Shown: positions 38,274 to 50,859 of the stretch, one piece after another | Layout: each line of letters begins with the position of its first letter | Numbering within the stretch: the stretch's first letter is position 1 | Assembly (NCBI RefSeq): GCF_004010195.1 | Contig: NC_057719.1 | Coordinates: 50,643,008-50,707,007 of the forward strand | Origin: Chiloscyllium plagiosum | Lineage: Eukaryota | Length of the DNA: 64,000 nucleotides | Reading direction: 5' to 3' | Program-made: the position numbers and the translations under genes | The notes under the pieces: generated by a model | Told to the model about the DNA's origin: nothing | Databases searched by the model: none | Seen by the model: only the letters and a program-made list of their open reading frames with translations

Positions 38274-39371
38274 AACATGGGAAGAATTAATAATACAACT
38301 CAAAGATTAGAAATACAATGCGAACCCAAAATTATGATGTTTTAAAAAACACAGATACTCTGAATTGTTCACAAAAAGCAGATAGTTAAATGTTGTGGTC
38401 ATTTTAGTGGAGGTTACCAGTAGAGTTGATGCTGGTACTTAACTAATAGATTCAAGTTCAAGATGCTTAATTTTATAGGTTGGTTGAGATTATGTTGTTC
38501 TGGTTCCCTTCATCTGTGACTTTCAGGGTTAGAGAGAGTCCTTTTGTTTTACTTTATTTTCTTTGGCTTGCTAATCAGCTGATTTCAAGTACTCAGAGTT
38601 AGGAAGTCCCTTTTACCTGTCACACAGGGTGACTACGGGATAGTTTTTTGATATGACCTTCACAGAGTGATATTGTTGAAATGCAAGCTAGCAGACAATG
38701 GTATCTTTGTCCATCGACACATGAGAAGCTCAGTCCACTCTGTTTTGATTTGCCACTTCAACCTTTGAAGGGTTGATGTTTGTCGCTCTCATTACATACT
38801 TAGGTGCAACATTCCAAGGGGGTTTCTCACCAGACAGCCTCTTAACTTGCTTTAGCAGCCATTTTTAGCTATATCAGCCCTCTAGTAAACATTTTTCAGA
38901 ATTACAATCAATAATAGTATTTACTGATTCATCATGTTAGTATTAAACTCATGTCATGAAAAATGAAGTATATTTGGTTGCAATCCATGAAAAATTTGTA
39001 AAGTTGTCACATTTCAAGGTAGATGAAAATGCTAATTCTGATAGCTGCTTCTTGCTATAGTGAATAGGAATGAGTTTTTTTTATGTTAAAGTGAAACTGT
39101 GCTGCAAAGATAGAAATCTATCCAGTATGAGAAATTTTGAAATTTGGCTCTTGGATCTTGTGCCTTTCAAGGTGCTATTGATAGCTATTATAGATGTTTG
39201 GATTTTATATTTAAATGCCATTGATTTAATTATAAGAGCCAAGAATTTAAAATCATTGCTCTATTATCCATAGTTTGACTGCGTTCATTGTTTTGTTTCA
39301 GTGAAGTCAGAATGATTCAAACTGATTCTGTTCTACAGAGGATTTAATAGTTATCATGTTATCTCTTTCAG

Positions 39372-39410
39372 GAGGCAGAGCATTGGCAATCTGACCTCCA
39401 AGACATCAAG
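39372..39410 (+). CDS. KIAA0586: 39-nt symmetric (phase 0-0) exon of TALPID3, EAEHWQSDLQDIK
   Basis: Acceptor atctctttcag| and donor AAG|gtttgt. Open, and continues the predicted helix from ...EMHGILQ in frame. Confidence 0.72.
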
Positions 39411-39573
39411 GTTTGTCTTTTGATTTTTCCTAAAATACTCACAATATCTTCAGCTTATATTCAGCTATTCAGGTGGCACATCGAAACAAAAATAAAAGTC
39501 ACAAAAAGGCTGACAGCAAGATGTGACCACTCATTTACTTTTTTTCTCTCTTGATTCCCTTTTTCTCAAATAG

Positions 39574-39633
39574 AATGCCAAGCTGAGCAACAGCCACAAG
39601 TCTATTGACTCGGCATGTCTGCAACATCATCTG
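39574..39633 (+). CDS. KIAA0586: 60-nt symmetric (phase 0-0) exon of TALPID3, NAKLSNSHKSIDSACLQHHL
   Basis: Long polypyrimidine tract ending tag|, consensus donor CTG|gtgagt. Open and frame-preserving between the flanking exons. Confidence 0.7.
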
Positions 39634-40037
39634 GTGAGTTGCCATGGAGATTAACTCCCCTGTTCACTTCTGCTGTATGTTCGATCCTGAATCCCGCCCC
39701 CCCCCCACCCCCAAAGTTGAGTTTTGTCATATTTCACGTTGGCAGTTCTCCATTAGATTTTCATCTCCCTGTGCCATGTGAACCATTTTAAAATTACACT
39801 AAAGAATTCTCATGATTGCCTTTCAACACTCAAACACTGTATCTGGTCTTTGTCTTCAGCATTTGTCTGAGAGTACAAGATCAAAAATGAAATGCAACCT
39901 AATTGTTTTAGTCAATGTAACTTTTTCCACCAGCACCCGCACTTTACATTCGTGCGTATCAGTAATCTACATAATAGAGTTAGCTTTTTTTATTAAAACA
40001 AGAAAGCTTTTTTTGTCACTTTGACAATTCAGTCCCC

Positions 40038-41262
40038 TCATAGAGTCATAGAGATATACAGCATGGAAACAGACCCTTCGGTCCAACCCGTCCATGTCGA
40101 CCAGATATCCCAACCCAATCTAGTCCCACCTGCCAGCGCCTGGCCCATATCCCTCCAAACCCTTCCTATTCATATACCCATCCAAATGCCTCTTAANNNN
40201 NNNNNNNNNNNNNNNNNNNNNNNNNNNNNNNNNNNNNNNNNNNNNNNNNNNNNNNNNNNNNNNNNNNNNNNNNNNNNNNNNNNNNNNNNNNNNNNNNNNN
40301 NNNNNNNNNNNNNNNNNNNNNNNNNNNNNNNNNNNNNNNNNNNNNNNNNNNNNNNNNNNNNNNNNNNNNNNNNNNNNNNNNNNNNNNNNNNNNNNNNNNN
40401 NNNNNNNNNNNNNNNNNNNNNNNNNNNNNNNNNNNNNNNNNNNNNNNNNNNNNNNNNNNNNNNNNNNNNNNNNNNNNNNNNNNNNNNNNNNNNNNNNNNN
40501 NNNNNNNNNNNNNNNNNNNNNNNNNNNNNNNNNNNNNNNNNNNNNNNNNNNNNNNNNNNNNNNNNNNNNNNNNNNNNNNNNNNNNNNNNNNNNNNNNNNN
40601 NNNNNNNNNNNNNNNNNNNNNNNNNNNNNNNNNNNNNNNNNNNNNNNNNNNNNNNNNNNNNNNNNNNNNNNNNNNNNNNNNNNNNNNNNNNNNNNNNNNN
40701 NNNNNNNNNNNNNNNNNNNNNNNNNNNNNNNNNNNNNNNNNNNNNNNNNNNNNNNNNNNNNNNNNNNNNNNNNNNNNNNNNNNNNNNNNNNNNNNNNNNN
40801 NNNNNNNNNNNNNNNNNNNNNNNNNNNNNNNNNNNNNNNNNNNNNNNNNNNNNNNNNNNNNNNNNNNNNNNNNNNNNNNNNNNNNNNNNNNNNNNNNNNN
40901 NNNNNNNNNNNNNNNNNNNNNNNNNNNNNNNNNNNNNNNNNNNNNNNNNNNNNNNNNNNNNNNNNNNNNNNNNNNNNNNNNNNNNTTTTGCCCTCCTGAT
41001 TTCCCTCTTAAGTATACTCCTACTGCCTTTATACTCTTCTAAGGATTCACTCGATCTATCCTGTCTATACCTTACATATGCTTCCTTCTTTTTCTTAACC
41101 AAACCCTTAATTTCTTTAGTCATCCAGCATTCCCTATACCTAACAGCCTTTCCTTTCACCCTAAAAGGAATATGCTTTCTCTGGATTCTCGTTATCTCAT
41201 TTCTGAAGGCTTCCCATTTTCCAGCCATTCCTTTACCTGTGAACATCTGCCCCCAATCAGCT
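40038..41262 (-). mobile_element. Young-looking CR1 LINE spanning the assembly gap
   Basis: Left flank is a CR1 3' tail. Right flank encodes GKWEAFRNEITR...LKREIRRAK, close to 4279-4540. Confidence 0.85.
40197..40985. other. Assembly gap (789 N)
   Basis: Run of N. Confidence 1.
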
Positions 41263-42079
41263 ATCAAAAGTGATTTGACTCTTCAGTGTTGTACAGTTCC
41301 ACAATTACCAATCACCCTCCACTGTTTAAATCTTCATGAATGTAAGATGGATATTCAAGTGCATTGGCATCAATGCTGCCTTCAGAAATTTCCCACAAGG
41401 GCCGTTGAGTATCTCACAGATTCACTTACTAGCTTGGAATTGAGGCACTCAATTTGGAAAAGGAAGTTTTTCTTTAATAAATTTAAATGCTTCTTCATTC
41501 TCTGTTCACTTTAAATAAAGTTAAGGACTCTCCAAATTTGGTACTATGTTGACAGTCACAGATTTCTGTTGTGATAATTTGTATAACTAATACCGTATTG
41601 ATCTTTAATGGTGGCGTAAAGTTGCATTTGCATCTAAATTTTAAAAATGGCTTAATTTGTACATATGCAACAAAAGTTTCTTGCTTGCCAGAAGAGTGCC
41701 AGAATCTACAGTAAAGATACCAACCTTTGTATTCATTACCATGTTTGTTGTTAGTAAAGTATGAGATAGATGCATCTTTTTTTTTTGAGCTGCAAAAACG
41801 GTAAGGATGACATTGCTGATTTTGTGAATGGCTACTATACCATAATCATCATAAACGTCAGGCAAAGTCTTGCCTTTTCTCACTTAAGATTGAGATTTGC
41901 ATATAATGGACTCCCCTTCCAAAGGAAAATGATATTAAGGACGGAATTTTCCCACTAGGGGTGTTAAAAGGAGTTGGGACGATTTCTGAATCCCAAACCT
42001 ACCCCCACAGAATGAAGCAGCCTTTCATGGATTTTGACCAAGGCAAGGAAGCAAGGTACCTTCAACTAGAAGTGCCAAG

Positions 42080-43690
42080 TGAATAATCCATTTCAGCCTC
42101 CTCCAGCAGTCCCCAGCATAACAGATACCAGCCTTAAGCCAATTTCATTCCGCATGATATTAAAAGACAGTTGGACACACTGGATACTGCAAAGACTACC
42201 GGCCTGGATAACATTCCAGCAACAGTACTGAAGGCTTGTGCTCCAGAACTTGCTGCTCCTCTAGTCAAGCTCTTTCATACAGTTACAACACTGGCATCTA
42301 CCTAACAATGTGGGAAAATACCCAGGTATGTCCTGTACATAAAAAGCAACATAAATCCAACCCAACCAATTACCTGCCCCATCAGTCTGCTCTCAAGCAT
42401 CAGTAAAGTGATAGAAGGTGTCATCAACAGTGCTATCAAGTAACAACTGCTCAGCAATAACCAGCTCAGTGGCACCCAGTAGCTCCTAAACTCATGACAA
42501 CTGATTCAAATATGGACAAAAGGGCTGAATTCCAGTGATGAGATTAGAGTGACAGACCTTGACACCATAGTTGCATTTGACCAAATGTGGCATCAAGGAG
42601 CAGTGACAAAACTGTAATCAGTTGGTATCGGGGGCAAACTCTCCGCTGGTTGAAGTCATATCTGGCAATTAGGAAGATAGTCGCGCTTGTTGGAGGTCAG
42701 CCATCTCGGCTCCAGGACATCTCTGCAGGAGTTCCTCAGGGTAGTTTCCTAGGCCCAACCATCCTCAGCTGTTTCATCAATGAACTTCTCTCCATCATGA
42801 GGTCAGAAGTGGGGATGTTCACTGATGATTGCACCATGGCCAGCATCTTTTGCGACTTCTCAGACACTGAAACAACCCATGTCCAGATGCAGCAAGATCT
42901 GGACAATATCAGGCTTGGGCAAAGTAATATTCGTCCCACACAGCCAGGCAGTGGTCATCACCGATAAGAGACGATCTGACCACCACCACTTCATATTCAC
43001 ATGTGTTACCATCACTGAATTCGCCAGTATTGACATCCTGGGAGTTGACATTGATCATAAATTCAACGGGACTTACTACATAAACAGTGGCTAAAGAGAA
43101 GGTCAGAGGCTGGGAATACTGTGACAGGTAACTCACCTCCTGACTTCCCAAAGCCTGTCCATCATCTACAAGGCACAAGTCAGGAGAGTGATGGAATACT
43201 CACCAGTTGTCTGGCTGAGTACACCTCCAGAAACACTCAAGAAGCTTGACACCATCCAGGACAAATCAGCCTGCTTGATTAGCACGACATCCACAAGCAT
43301 CCACGCTCTCCACACTGACACTCAGTAGTAGCAGTGTGTACTATGTGCAAGATGCACTGCAGAAATTCACTAAAGATTCTCAGGCAGCACTTTCCAAACC
43401 CTCAACCACTTCCACCTAGAAGGACAAAGGAAATAGTAGCACCACCACCTTCAAGTTCCCTTCAAGACACTCGCCATCCTAACTTGGAAATATATTGGTG
43501 TTCCTTCACTGTTGCTGGGTCAAAATCCTGGAATTCTCTCCCAAAGGAAATTGTGGGTCAGCCCACAGCAGGTGGACAGTAGTGGTTCAAGAAGACAGCT
43601 CACTACCATCACCTCACGGGCAACTAGGGACAAGCAATAAATGCTTGTCAGCCAGCGATGCCTACATTCCATCAATGAATTTTTAAAAAA
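42080..43690 (+). mobile_element. LINE-B (older APE-RT non-LTR family, clade not assigned), 3' half
   Basis: RT motifs GVPQGSFLGP and MFTDDC. C-terminal VAGSKSWNSLP. A-rich end. Confidence 0.88.
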
Positions 43691-45359
43691 GGTTCCCTGT
43701 CTGAATAAGAGCAGCTGGTGGGCTCTTGAAGTTTAATGGCTACAAGAGAGAACCGCCCAACTGCAATAAAGTTGAAGCAACATGAAAGTACTATCTTGGT
43801 AATGGAAAAAGCAACCAGCTCACCTTTGCGAGCCTTTGGCCTGCTTGGGATACTATCACCCAAGTTACTGAATCAGGAATCTAGTAGAAGTTTGGAACTT
43901 TTTTTAATCTACATTAACCTGGCTCTTACTAAGTCTAATTGACTGCTTCCCTTCTGGGTACAAGCCTGAATCTGCCTCCTGCAAAAGCCTGCATTAGTAT
44001 GAATATTTTCAGTATTAGTATGAGACCTTTCCATCTCCATTCCTACCCTTTGTGGAGCCCAAAAGTCTTGCCTTTATAGTTTTATAATGCAGAAGCTGTA
44101 AAGTACCAACAGTATAGAACAGATACACGCGGTTTTGCTAACAGATATCAAAAGTTAAACTTGCAGCAATAAAAATGTAATGTTTCTGCACCATAAGTTT
44201 GAGTCCAGGATTGCATGTAAAAACTTCAGTGTTATGTTTATTGGTAAAATGAAGACAAAAATAGCATGGTGGAAGATTTATTTCATGTGAAAAGTGTGAT
44301 GGAACAATTCATGAAAAGCGGGTAATGCGCAGGAAAAAACAATCCCCTCCTTCTGATCATCAAACATGCACATCCAGTTGAACTGGCACACTGTGATAAG
44401 TCTGACCAGCTGGGGAAAAAAACCTAAGAAAACTAGTGTTACAATTAACCTGAGGTAACTATTTGATTGAAAATGGTGTGCAAATCAAAAGAAGACCAAA
44501 GAAATGTTTCATAGCATTGTCACAACATGCTTCAAGATTGTACCACTGCTTCCAGAAGCAATGAGCAGCCATAGCTTCATGCTGAATATTACCAAGTGCA
44601 TTCAAGTGTACCAACATCTTTACAAGCAGATAAGAAAAATCATGGGATACAAACCTGAGTAAATTGCCTCCCTTCTCAAGGTTGCAGATTTTCTCAATCT
44701 TGAAAATATTGAAGGAGCAAGTAGGTGTTGATATTCCCATGGGATCCTAAATCCCTTTAATCTTTTGACACCATTAATTGGCTTTCAAAGTGGTGGGGGG
44801 ATTAGAAGCCCATTGCAAGAACTATAAAACTGTCAGGTAGCTATCTCACAATATATTTTTATCATCAATTTGATGAAGGCTGAGATTATCAGCTAAAATG
44901 GCTCGTTTGATCATTTGCCAGACTTTGCTATGGTAACATATATATAGACCAGTGCTTTGCAGAGATTTATTCATGCCGCCTTAATAAAAATTGTCCAGTA
45001 TTGTTGCTGCAGTTACTTGGTTATAGTTACAGTTGGTTCCATTTCAATTGATCTGCATCTGTGAAATATATCAAATACTTCCATATTTTTAAAATTGATT
45101 GACTATTCTTCCGTGAGCAGCTCCTGAGCACTGAACTAATATAATGGCTGGAATGTAGTGCATCCCTGTGAATGACTGTCAGGTGGGGTGTGATGTAAAA
45201 TTGGGTAAAATTGTGATGATGCCATGTCTGTTGCCTGCCTGCACCTGTTGAGATTTTATTAGCAGCAGGAAAGGTATTGGCTACCCTGCCAATCCTTTGG
45301 CCAATTGAGGTGGTTACAAACCTCCTTCTACACCAGCTGATATTTTAAATCTATATCAG

Positions 45360-46000
45360 GGCGACTGAACGCCAATTCGTAGAGCAGTTCAAGGAACATG
45401 GATGGTTTGCACGCACCAAACAACCCATCACCCTGTGACCAACCACTTCAACTCCCCTTCACACTCCCCTAAGGACATACAAATCCTGGCCCTCCTCCAC
45501 CGCAAAATCAAAGCCATCCACAAATTGGAGGAAAAACATCTTATCTTTCGCCTCAGGACCATACAACCACATGGCATCAACATTGACTTTACCAGTTTCC
45601 ATATCTCCCCACCCCCCCCCCCCTCCCAGATCCAACTCTCCAACTCTCTTCTCCCCTCCCCCCCACCTCATCCCAGAACCAACCCTACAACTCAGCACTG
45701 CCCTCTTGGATTGTCCTACCTGTCCATCTTCCTTCCCACCTTTCTGCTCCATCCTCCCCACTGACCTATCGCAATCACCTCCCACCTGCATCCACCTACT
45801 GCCATCCTACCTATTATCTCTCCACACACCCTATTTATCTCTCAGCCCCCTTCTCTCTCCCACCCAACATTCCTGAAAAAGGGCTTATGCCCAAGATGTC
45901 AACTCTCCTGCTCCTCAGGTGCTGCCTGACCTGATGTGCTTTTCCAGCACCACACTTTTCAACTCTGAGTCTCCAGCATCTGTTGTCCTCTCTTTCTCCC
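45360..46000 (+). mobile_element. Penelope-like element 3' end (C-terminal ORF remnant plus pseudo-LTR)
   Basis: HPVTNHFNSPSH...LEEKHLIFRLRTIQPHGINIDF, then a pyrimidine-rich tract and a degenerate hammerhead at 45869-45903. Confidence 0.85.
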
Positions 46001-47419
46001 GAGCCAACCTTGCTCTAGCAAATCACAACTTATTTCTGTCCTCGTTCCAGGTCTCCCAAAATTTAGGGCTGTCTGTAGTCTCAGCAGTCCCTCCATTCCC
46101 AGAAGTGCTGGCAGTCATTTGATTGGTCATTAGTTGGAATCCTACCTCCAAGAGCTGCTGACTAATGACTGTAAAATCACTTCATAACTGTATCCTGGTG
46201 GTGATTTTTGCACTGTAAGCACAAGCTCAACCTGTTTTGGTGAAGATTAGAAATACCAGGGATAACATTGTGAGTGTGATTACTCTTCATTCCCGTTTTT
46301 GGTTTGCTGCACTTAGAAATTGTGCAAATTGCAAGACATGACCAAGAGTAATTTTTATCCCTTTTTTCTCCCATAATGAAGCAAACAACTAAATACCAAG
46401 CAAACTTTTTGGTGATAAACAATGTGCAGCAATATCAAATCAGCAAAGTAAAGCATACCCAGTGACCAGTCAGTATTGGCAATACATATCCATGTTGCCC
46501 AGTGTAAGTGCAGTTCTTCTATAATTTATTGTAATAATCTTGCTTGTGTTCAGGAGCATGCATCTCGATGTATATTGCAATGTCACATTGTGCTACTAAG
46601 TCTGAATTTTACTTATTTAATTTAGACCAAGGTATGGTTAAAAAAACAGTGCTATAATACAAGAAACATTGCATATTAACTGCCCTTTCCTAGTGGATTA
46701 GCACTTAGATCAGACTGTTCTGAAATTTCGGTGGCTTTTGTACCAGTGTTTATTGATTATGGTTACACATTCATCGACTCATAGAAAATTCAGCAAAGAA
46801 GGAACAAGATACCTTGACATTCCTTATGAAGAACAGATCAGTTAGCTCTTCCCTTCATCTCCTTCATCTTGCTGTAATATTTTCCTCTGTCAAATATTTA
46901 TCCAATTTCCTTTTACAAAATTGCAACGGAATCTGTTACAATTTCCTTAATTAGTAGTTTCCTTATTTTGTAATTTTCAACCTTTGTAAATTAATTTTCA
47001 GTAATCATGTTTTTTTGAAATTAAAATTTGGGTGCTTAATTGTGTCCCCTTTAATTTTGATATGTTCTGTGACATTTTCAAAGTTAAGGCAAATTAACAT
47101 TTTAAGAAGTGATGATTCATACATGGTTTTGTGCAGCTTCAACCCACCAATAGATTCTATAATTGATATGAAGTGGGAAAAATGTTCTGCCATTTGGCCT
47201 TTTAAAATTATGATACATTAAATACTATCGTGAAAACTGAATGTGGCAAGTTAATTACACAGACGTATTGGCTTCCGCTATTTACAGGCTTCAGTCAACA
47301 GCAGTAACTTTCATTTAAACAGTGCCTTTAACATACATAATGGCCAAAGGCACATCACATAACTAAGGGAAAAAGTGTGAGTATTCATGTGAATGTCATT
47401 ATATATTATCAAGAAATGG

Positions 47420-47790
47420 GTGAAGGCACTGGATATGGAAAAATGGGCCTTGACAATATTCTGGCACTAGCACTGAAGAACATTTTCATCCTTAGCCAAG
47501 TTATTCCAGTATTACTACAACATTAGTGTCTACCTGGCAATGTGGAAATATGCCCAGATATATCTCAACACCAAAAAGCAATACAACCCCAGCCTTGCCA
47601 GTTACCACCCAGCAGTCTAGTTCTGATTATCAGGAAAGTAATGGAAGGGGTTGTCAACAGTGCTGTCAGGTGACACTTACTCAGCAATAACACGCTCACT
47701 GATCATGAACTTGGGTTGTACCAGGGCCACTCTGCTCCAGATCTCATTTCAGCCTTGGTCTGAACATGTAAGCAGCACTACCTGCAAGTT
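47420..47790 (+). mobile_element. LINE-B fragment
   Basis: Homologous to 42170-42520. Confidence 0.7.
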
Positions 47791-50559
47791 TCTGTCTGAT
47801 CCAAAATAGTGGCTGGCACATTCACACCAGAGTTAAATACACACATCGCCAACACTATTGGATTCCTTTTTCTTTCATTACCATTTAATTTGTCCTCAGT
47901 CTTCCCCTGAATGTCCCAGCCAATGTCAGTTATTAACATTTGAAGTTAGCATGGAAATTTTAATCATCACATGCAACTTCCTTTATTTTCAGGTGATTGC
48001 AGGAGCTTGTGTCTGTCCAAGAGCCTGTAGCATGAGCTCCAAACTGGCCAACTGGCATGAAAACAGCATTGCATGCTAACTGATGTCCTGATGTATCTGT
48101 TCTGCATTCTTCTAGCTAATGTTAAGTGTGTATGTATCAAAGTGCCATCGATCACACTTCATGGTGGACAGATGTATGGACATTGTGGATGCCTGTTTGG
48201 AACAATAAGGATCTCTCACAAAACAGATTGTACTCTGCCCAAATTCTTTTCCACATAATTGGTATAACCCTGATGGAGAACAGCATACATAAAAATACTT
48301 CAGATTACCTTTTATGTGTTTTTATTACAGTGTTACACAGTCTGCTGTCTATTTTCTCAGAGGAAGATTTAAAAGAATTTAATAAATTTTGCAATCTCGC
48401 CTTTTTGATATACCAGTTATTTATGGTTTTGACCTGGCCACTGTCGATTGAAGAGATAATAGACAGTTCTGTAAGTAGGTTGTTCTTTCTGTTTGGTTCA
48501 GTGTTTGAATTTTGCAGTACTGGTTATTCTCCGTGTTGCTGCCATTGGCAGATAATCCTCATTCTGTCAAGAAAACACCAGCACTCACAAGAGACTTGCC
48601 AAGACTCAAGATTCAGACAGTTGAATCCAGCTGAGTTACAGGCAGAACAAATGAACATGCAGCCAGTAAGAAAAGCTGCTAATTTGCACGAATGTATATG
48701 CACTTATTTGATCCAATCAGTATGTGAAGTGGATTGTTTATAATGGTAACTGAATTCTTCTATTTGAAACTGTAATGTTTCATTCAATCTCTGGTTCCAG
48801 TTGATGGACGGTGAGATAAAATTACTGGAAGGCCACACCAAGTCTTGGTAAACTAGTTCCTGCAGACCTCATTGAAGAGTACCCTACCTGGTATAGGCAG
48901 CAAATGTGTGCTTGTGGAATGCTTATCCATTTTTACTCTTTATATTCAGAATTATATATTTCATGCTTGGTTCCAAGATGGTGCATTTCTCTTAAGTACT
49001 GCAGATCAATATATTTGATCCCTATGGGGTCCCTTTACATTGCCAGTTTCAGACAAGTCCATGTATAGTACAGCACTTGAGCAGTTGAACCAAATTAAAT
49101 TAAGCATACGGTGTATAGAACTTCCTTTGCCAAAACTAAATAAGATGACTACTCGCTGTACTGGAGTATTTGGCATCTACTGGTATCATCTTACATCTGT
49201 GCAAAGACTTTTGAGTTATATTGGCATGTTTGTGTAGAGTATCACCATATTCTGATTCAAGCCGAGAGACTAATCCCTTTACATATTTTTGATTAGTCCT
49301 GCTACAGTGGAATACTCTAATTTATAGTGGTTATTGATCTAACTTTGGAATCAAGACTTTATTCAGAGATTTCTACCTCTAAATTGTTGCAATAGTTGGC
49401 GCAATTTATTAAATTTCTTACTGGTTTTAACGGGATTTGACTACCTCTTCCCTGTTCATAATCAATAGGATTTTACCTCAGCCAGGTGGGTGATGTGCTG
49501 CTTTTGCCCCTGTCTCTTTGTTAGTTTCTAAATATAATACTTCAAAAATACTAGATGGATTTTATCAAAACTTGACACACAGGGCAAGGCCCAACGAAGA
49601 ACTGATCAGATTTTCATGAAGTTCTGAATCTGAATCCTGTTGTTAAAATTTGAGTAGAGTTTTCAGAACAACTTATTGACAGTTACCAGCTATACAGTGA
49701 ACAATTTAGGGGCAGGGACATAAGGAGGATGAGGAACTTAAGAAAGAAAGGAAAATCGGAGGCAATCTTGATGGCCACTTTCTAGCTAAGGTGTCCTTGA
49801 AAATCTCATCCAAGTATGATACTAGTAACTACAACTTCATTTCCCACTTATTAACAGTCCCATGCCTTACCTTCCTTGTCCTATGACAATAACTGCCTAG
49901 CAAAATAGTAAAAATAAAAAGATAATCCAAAATAACATTCCAAACTAAACTTATTACTTAAGATTTTCCATATTGTCTGCAAAAATCACCTCACCACCAG
50001 TGCATTTCTGTCTTCTGTGCATCTTTACCATCCATGGTGCTTGTATACAGTAGTTACAACAAGGCTGTTTAGTTTGCATAAATTGCAAGTCATCTTGAAG
50101 GTCTACCTTGAGAAACTCTAGTCAAGGAGCTCTGACTATTACCTTACCATAGGTGGCTGAAATCTGGGCAGCCTGGATGATTTAGCTACAATAGCAAGTG
50201 CACTAGCAGTGCAGTAGAAACAAGAGGAAGAATGCTATCTCTCTAAGAGAAGGCAGAAATGACCCTTCTCCAAGGATCACATTTTACTCCTACAGGGCAA
50301 TTGCTACAATTCCTAGTAATTTCTTCAGGATAATTTGCTGGTTTTGTTGTGAAACTCTGCAAGCATCATTGCACACTTGTTATAATCTCAGTAAAGGTAG
50401 GTAACTTTTCTGGAAAAAACATTGAGATGCCAATTTTCTACTAAATAAAAATAAAAGCTTCCACAGTTTAAAACAGAAAAACTTTTTACTCTAGTGAGAG
50501 TCGAACAAAGTGAACAATAAACAATGAACAGAGAATGACTGCCCTTCACACAAAGTCTG

Positions 50560-50790
50560 CATTTGACTGAGTATGACATCAAGGAGCCCTAGCAAAACTG
50601 AAGTCAATGACAATTAGGAGGAAACTCTGCACTTACTGGAGTTATACCTTGCACAAAGGAAGATAGTTGTTAATCTTATTGGATATTAAGCATTTTAGTC
50701 CAAGGCCATCACTGCAGGAGGTTTCTCAGGGTAATATTGAAAAACCAACCATCTTCAGCTGCTTCCTCATTGACCTTCCATCATCAAGCC
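50560..50790 (+). mobile_element. LINE-B RT fragment
   Basis: Homologous to 42570-42800. Confidence 0.7.
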
Positions 50791-50859
50791 TGACGTTTTT
50801 ATAGTCGGTATATACTTAGTCTGAGTTTTTTGAAATAGTCTCTTAAATGTCTCTTACTG

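Noticed and set aside
40021..41514. 497-aa and 365-aa ORFs
   Set aside because: Artefacts of reading through the N gap. The flanks are CR1.
45869..45903. Hammerhead-like motif in an older PLE
   Set aside because: Core is degenerate (CUGAAAA, and AAGA instead of GAAA), so predicted inactive.
48126..48743. 205-aa ORF containing an exon-like segment 48361-48470 (ttttctcag ... gtaagt)
   Set aside because: No recognisable protein similarity. A 110-nt exon would frameshift between phase-0 neighbours, so it is at most a cryptic or poison exon.
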